Assembly: GCA_030265395.1 (NCBI GenBank)
Contig: JARFYF010000094.1
Coordinates: forward strand, 68,166,280-68,230,193
From: Rhina ancylostomus
Lineage: Eukaryota
Length of the DNA stretch: 63,914 nucleotides
Direction of reading: 5' to 3'
The notes beneath the pieces are model-generated. The model was not told where the DNA came from. It searched no databases and saw only the letters and a program-made list of their open reading frames with translations. Every line of letters begins with the position of its first letter. Positions within the stretch are counted from its first letter, which is position 1. Both the position numbers and the translations under genes were made by a program. Positions 62,749-63,914 of this stretch are shown here, in pieces.

Positions 62749-63914
62749 GTTTCACTTTCCACTGAATCTATCTGATGTGTTGAATGCTTCTAGCGTTGTC
62801 TGCTTTTATCCCTTATGTACAGCATCATTAGATTTTTTAAATGATTTTCATAAACAAACATTGAGGCTTAAAAGGGGGAAAAACTCAGGTCTCTTTTGGC
62901 ACACTGTAGAACAACAAACATTATTGGCATTGCTAAATCAGAGTATAAATTGCAAACACTGCATCACCCAATTAATTGCAGCAAAATGTCCATTTAGTCA
63001 TTAAATAATCTACCTAGAGAACAGAGGAAACTATTTACAGATAGTTTACTACACCACTAAAAGGGTAATTTTCCAGAACAAAAATACAGCGAGCAAAGGA
63101 CAGGTACAGATAAATTAGAGGCATAAAATCAATCTCAGTATCCTCCTGCAAATGTGGTCATAACCTTGATTGACAGGGGAATTACCCAATCCTTTCCAGT
63201 CTAACTAATCGTAGCATTTTCCCGCACAACATTCCTAAAGAGTAGGCCTGGCCAACTGGGATGTTCTCAGGTGACAGTACCTTCTGGTTTCAATTAATGA
63301 TGTATTTCTGTCATTTGTGGAGTTCCCATTCTCGTGAAATGATTCCAAGTACCAGATAATTTAAAACTTTTCTAACTGTTTGTCCCACACAATCTTTTGG
63401 TCTTTTGCTTCACCAGCAATTTGATGGCTATCAGAAGAGGAATGGACTGAGAACAAACACATTTATCAGTTATTAGGTTTTAGTAACTCTTTAAAAGATT
63501 TTTTAAAAATAGTCCAGATTATTTCTGAACCAATTACAGGTCATGGTTCAAAAGCTTTAGATACACCCAATGATTTGGGAGTCAAATGCCANNNNNNNNN
63601 NNNNNNNNNNNNNNNNNNNNNNNNNNNNNNNNNNNNNNNNNNNNNNNNNNNNNNNNNNNNNNNNNNNNNNNNNNNNNNNNNNNNNNNNNNNGAAATAGCA
63701 TGGCAGCAGGAAAATCAACAGGGAACCCTGGATGAGGAGGGTGCTGGGTGTGGAGGGGAACATGTGGGGGAAAGAGGAAGAAAGGAAACAAAACTCCAGT
63801 CACGAAGGATTACAGTTCCTGCTCAATGAATCCCACTAAACATGCATCTATTATCATGGGTATATTCAGCTTCGAAATATGTAATTACTGAGGTTGTTAG
63901 TCACTTAGTAGAAT

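Overview
Eukaryotic, AT-rich vertebrate genomic DNA from a gapped draft assembly. The repeat content (CR1 LINEs with GACTCTAT-type tails, V-SINEs, Deu-domain SINEs, very abundant Penelope-derived hairpins) suggests a cartilaginous fish; this is an inference. The whole window lies inside one minus-strand gene, calsyntenin-2 (CLSTN2). Seven consecutive coding exons, equivalent to human exons 3-9, are recoverable with GT-AG sites and compatible phases (1284 nt, 428 codons). They encode cadherin repeats 1-2 and most of the LNS/LamG domain. The rest is intronic: decayed CR1, L2 and other LINEs, SINEs, a Gypsy gag remnant, a solo LTR, and a degraded Penelope-like element (RT plus GIY-YIG) with many short derivatives. 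Most notable: (1) the Penelope-derived repeats carry minimal type-I hammerhead ribozyme cores (CTGATGA-stem II-GAAA-ACGT-derived), some in the sense of the CLSTN2 pre-mRNA; (2) an antisense CR1 is inserted into another CR1 and 5'-truncated at the position homologous to its own insertion site; (3) a 3.7-kb block splits one TSD-flanked Penelope hairpin and is bracketed by near-identical CR1 tails, indicating either a misjoin or recombinational capture. Family assignments are from recalled motifs; no database searches were run.
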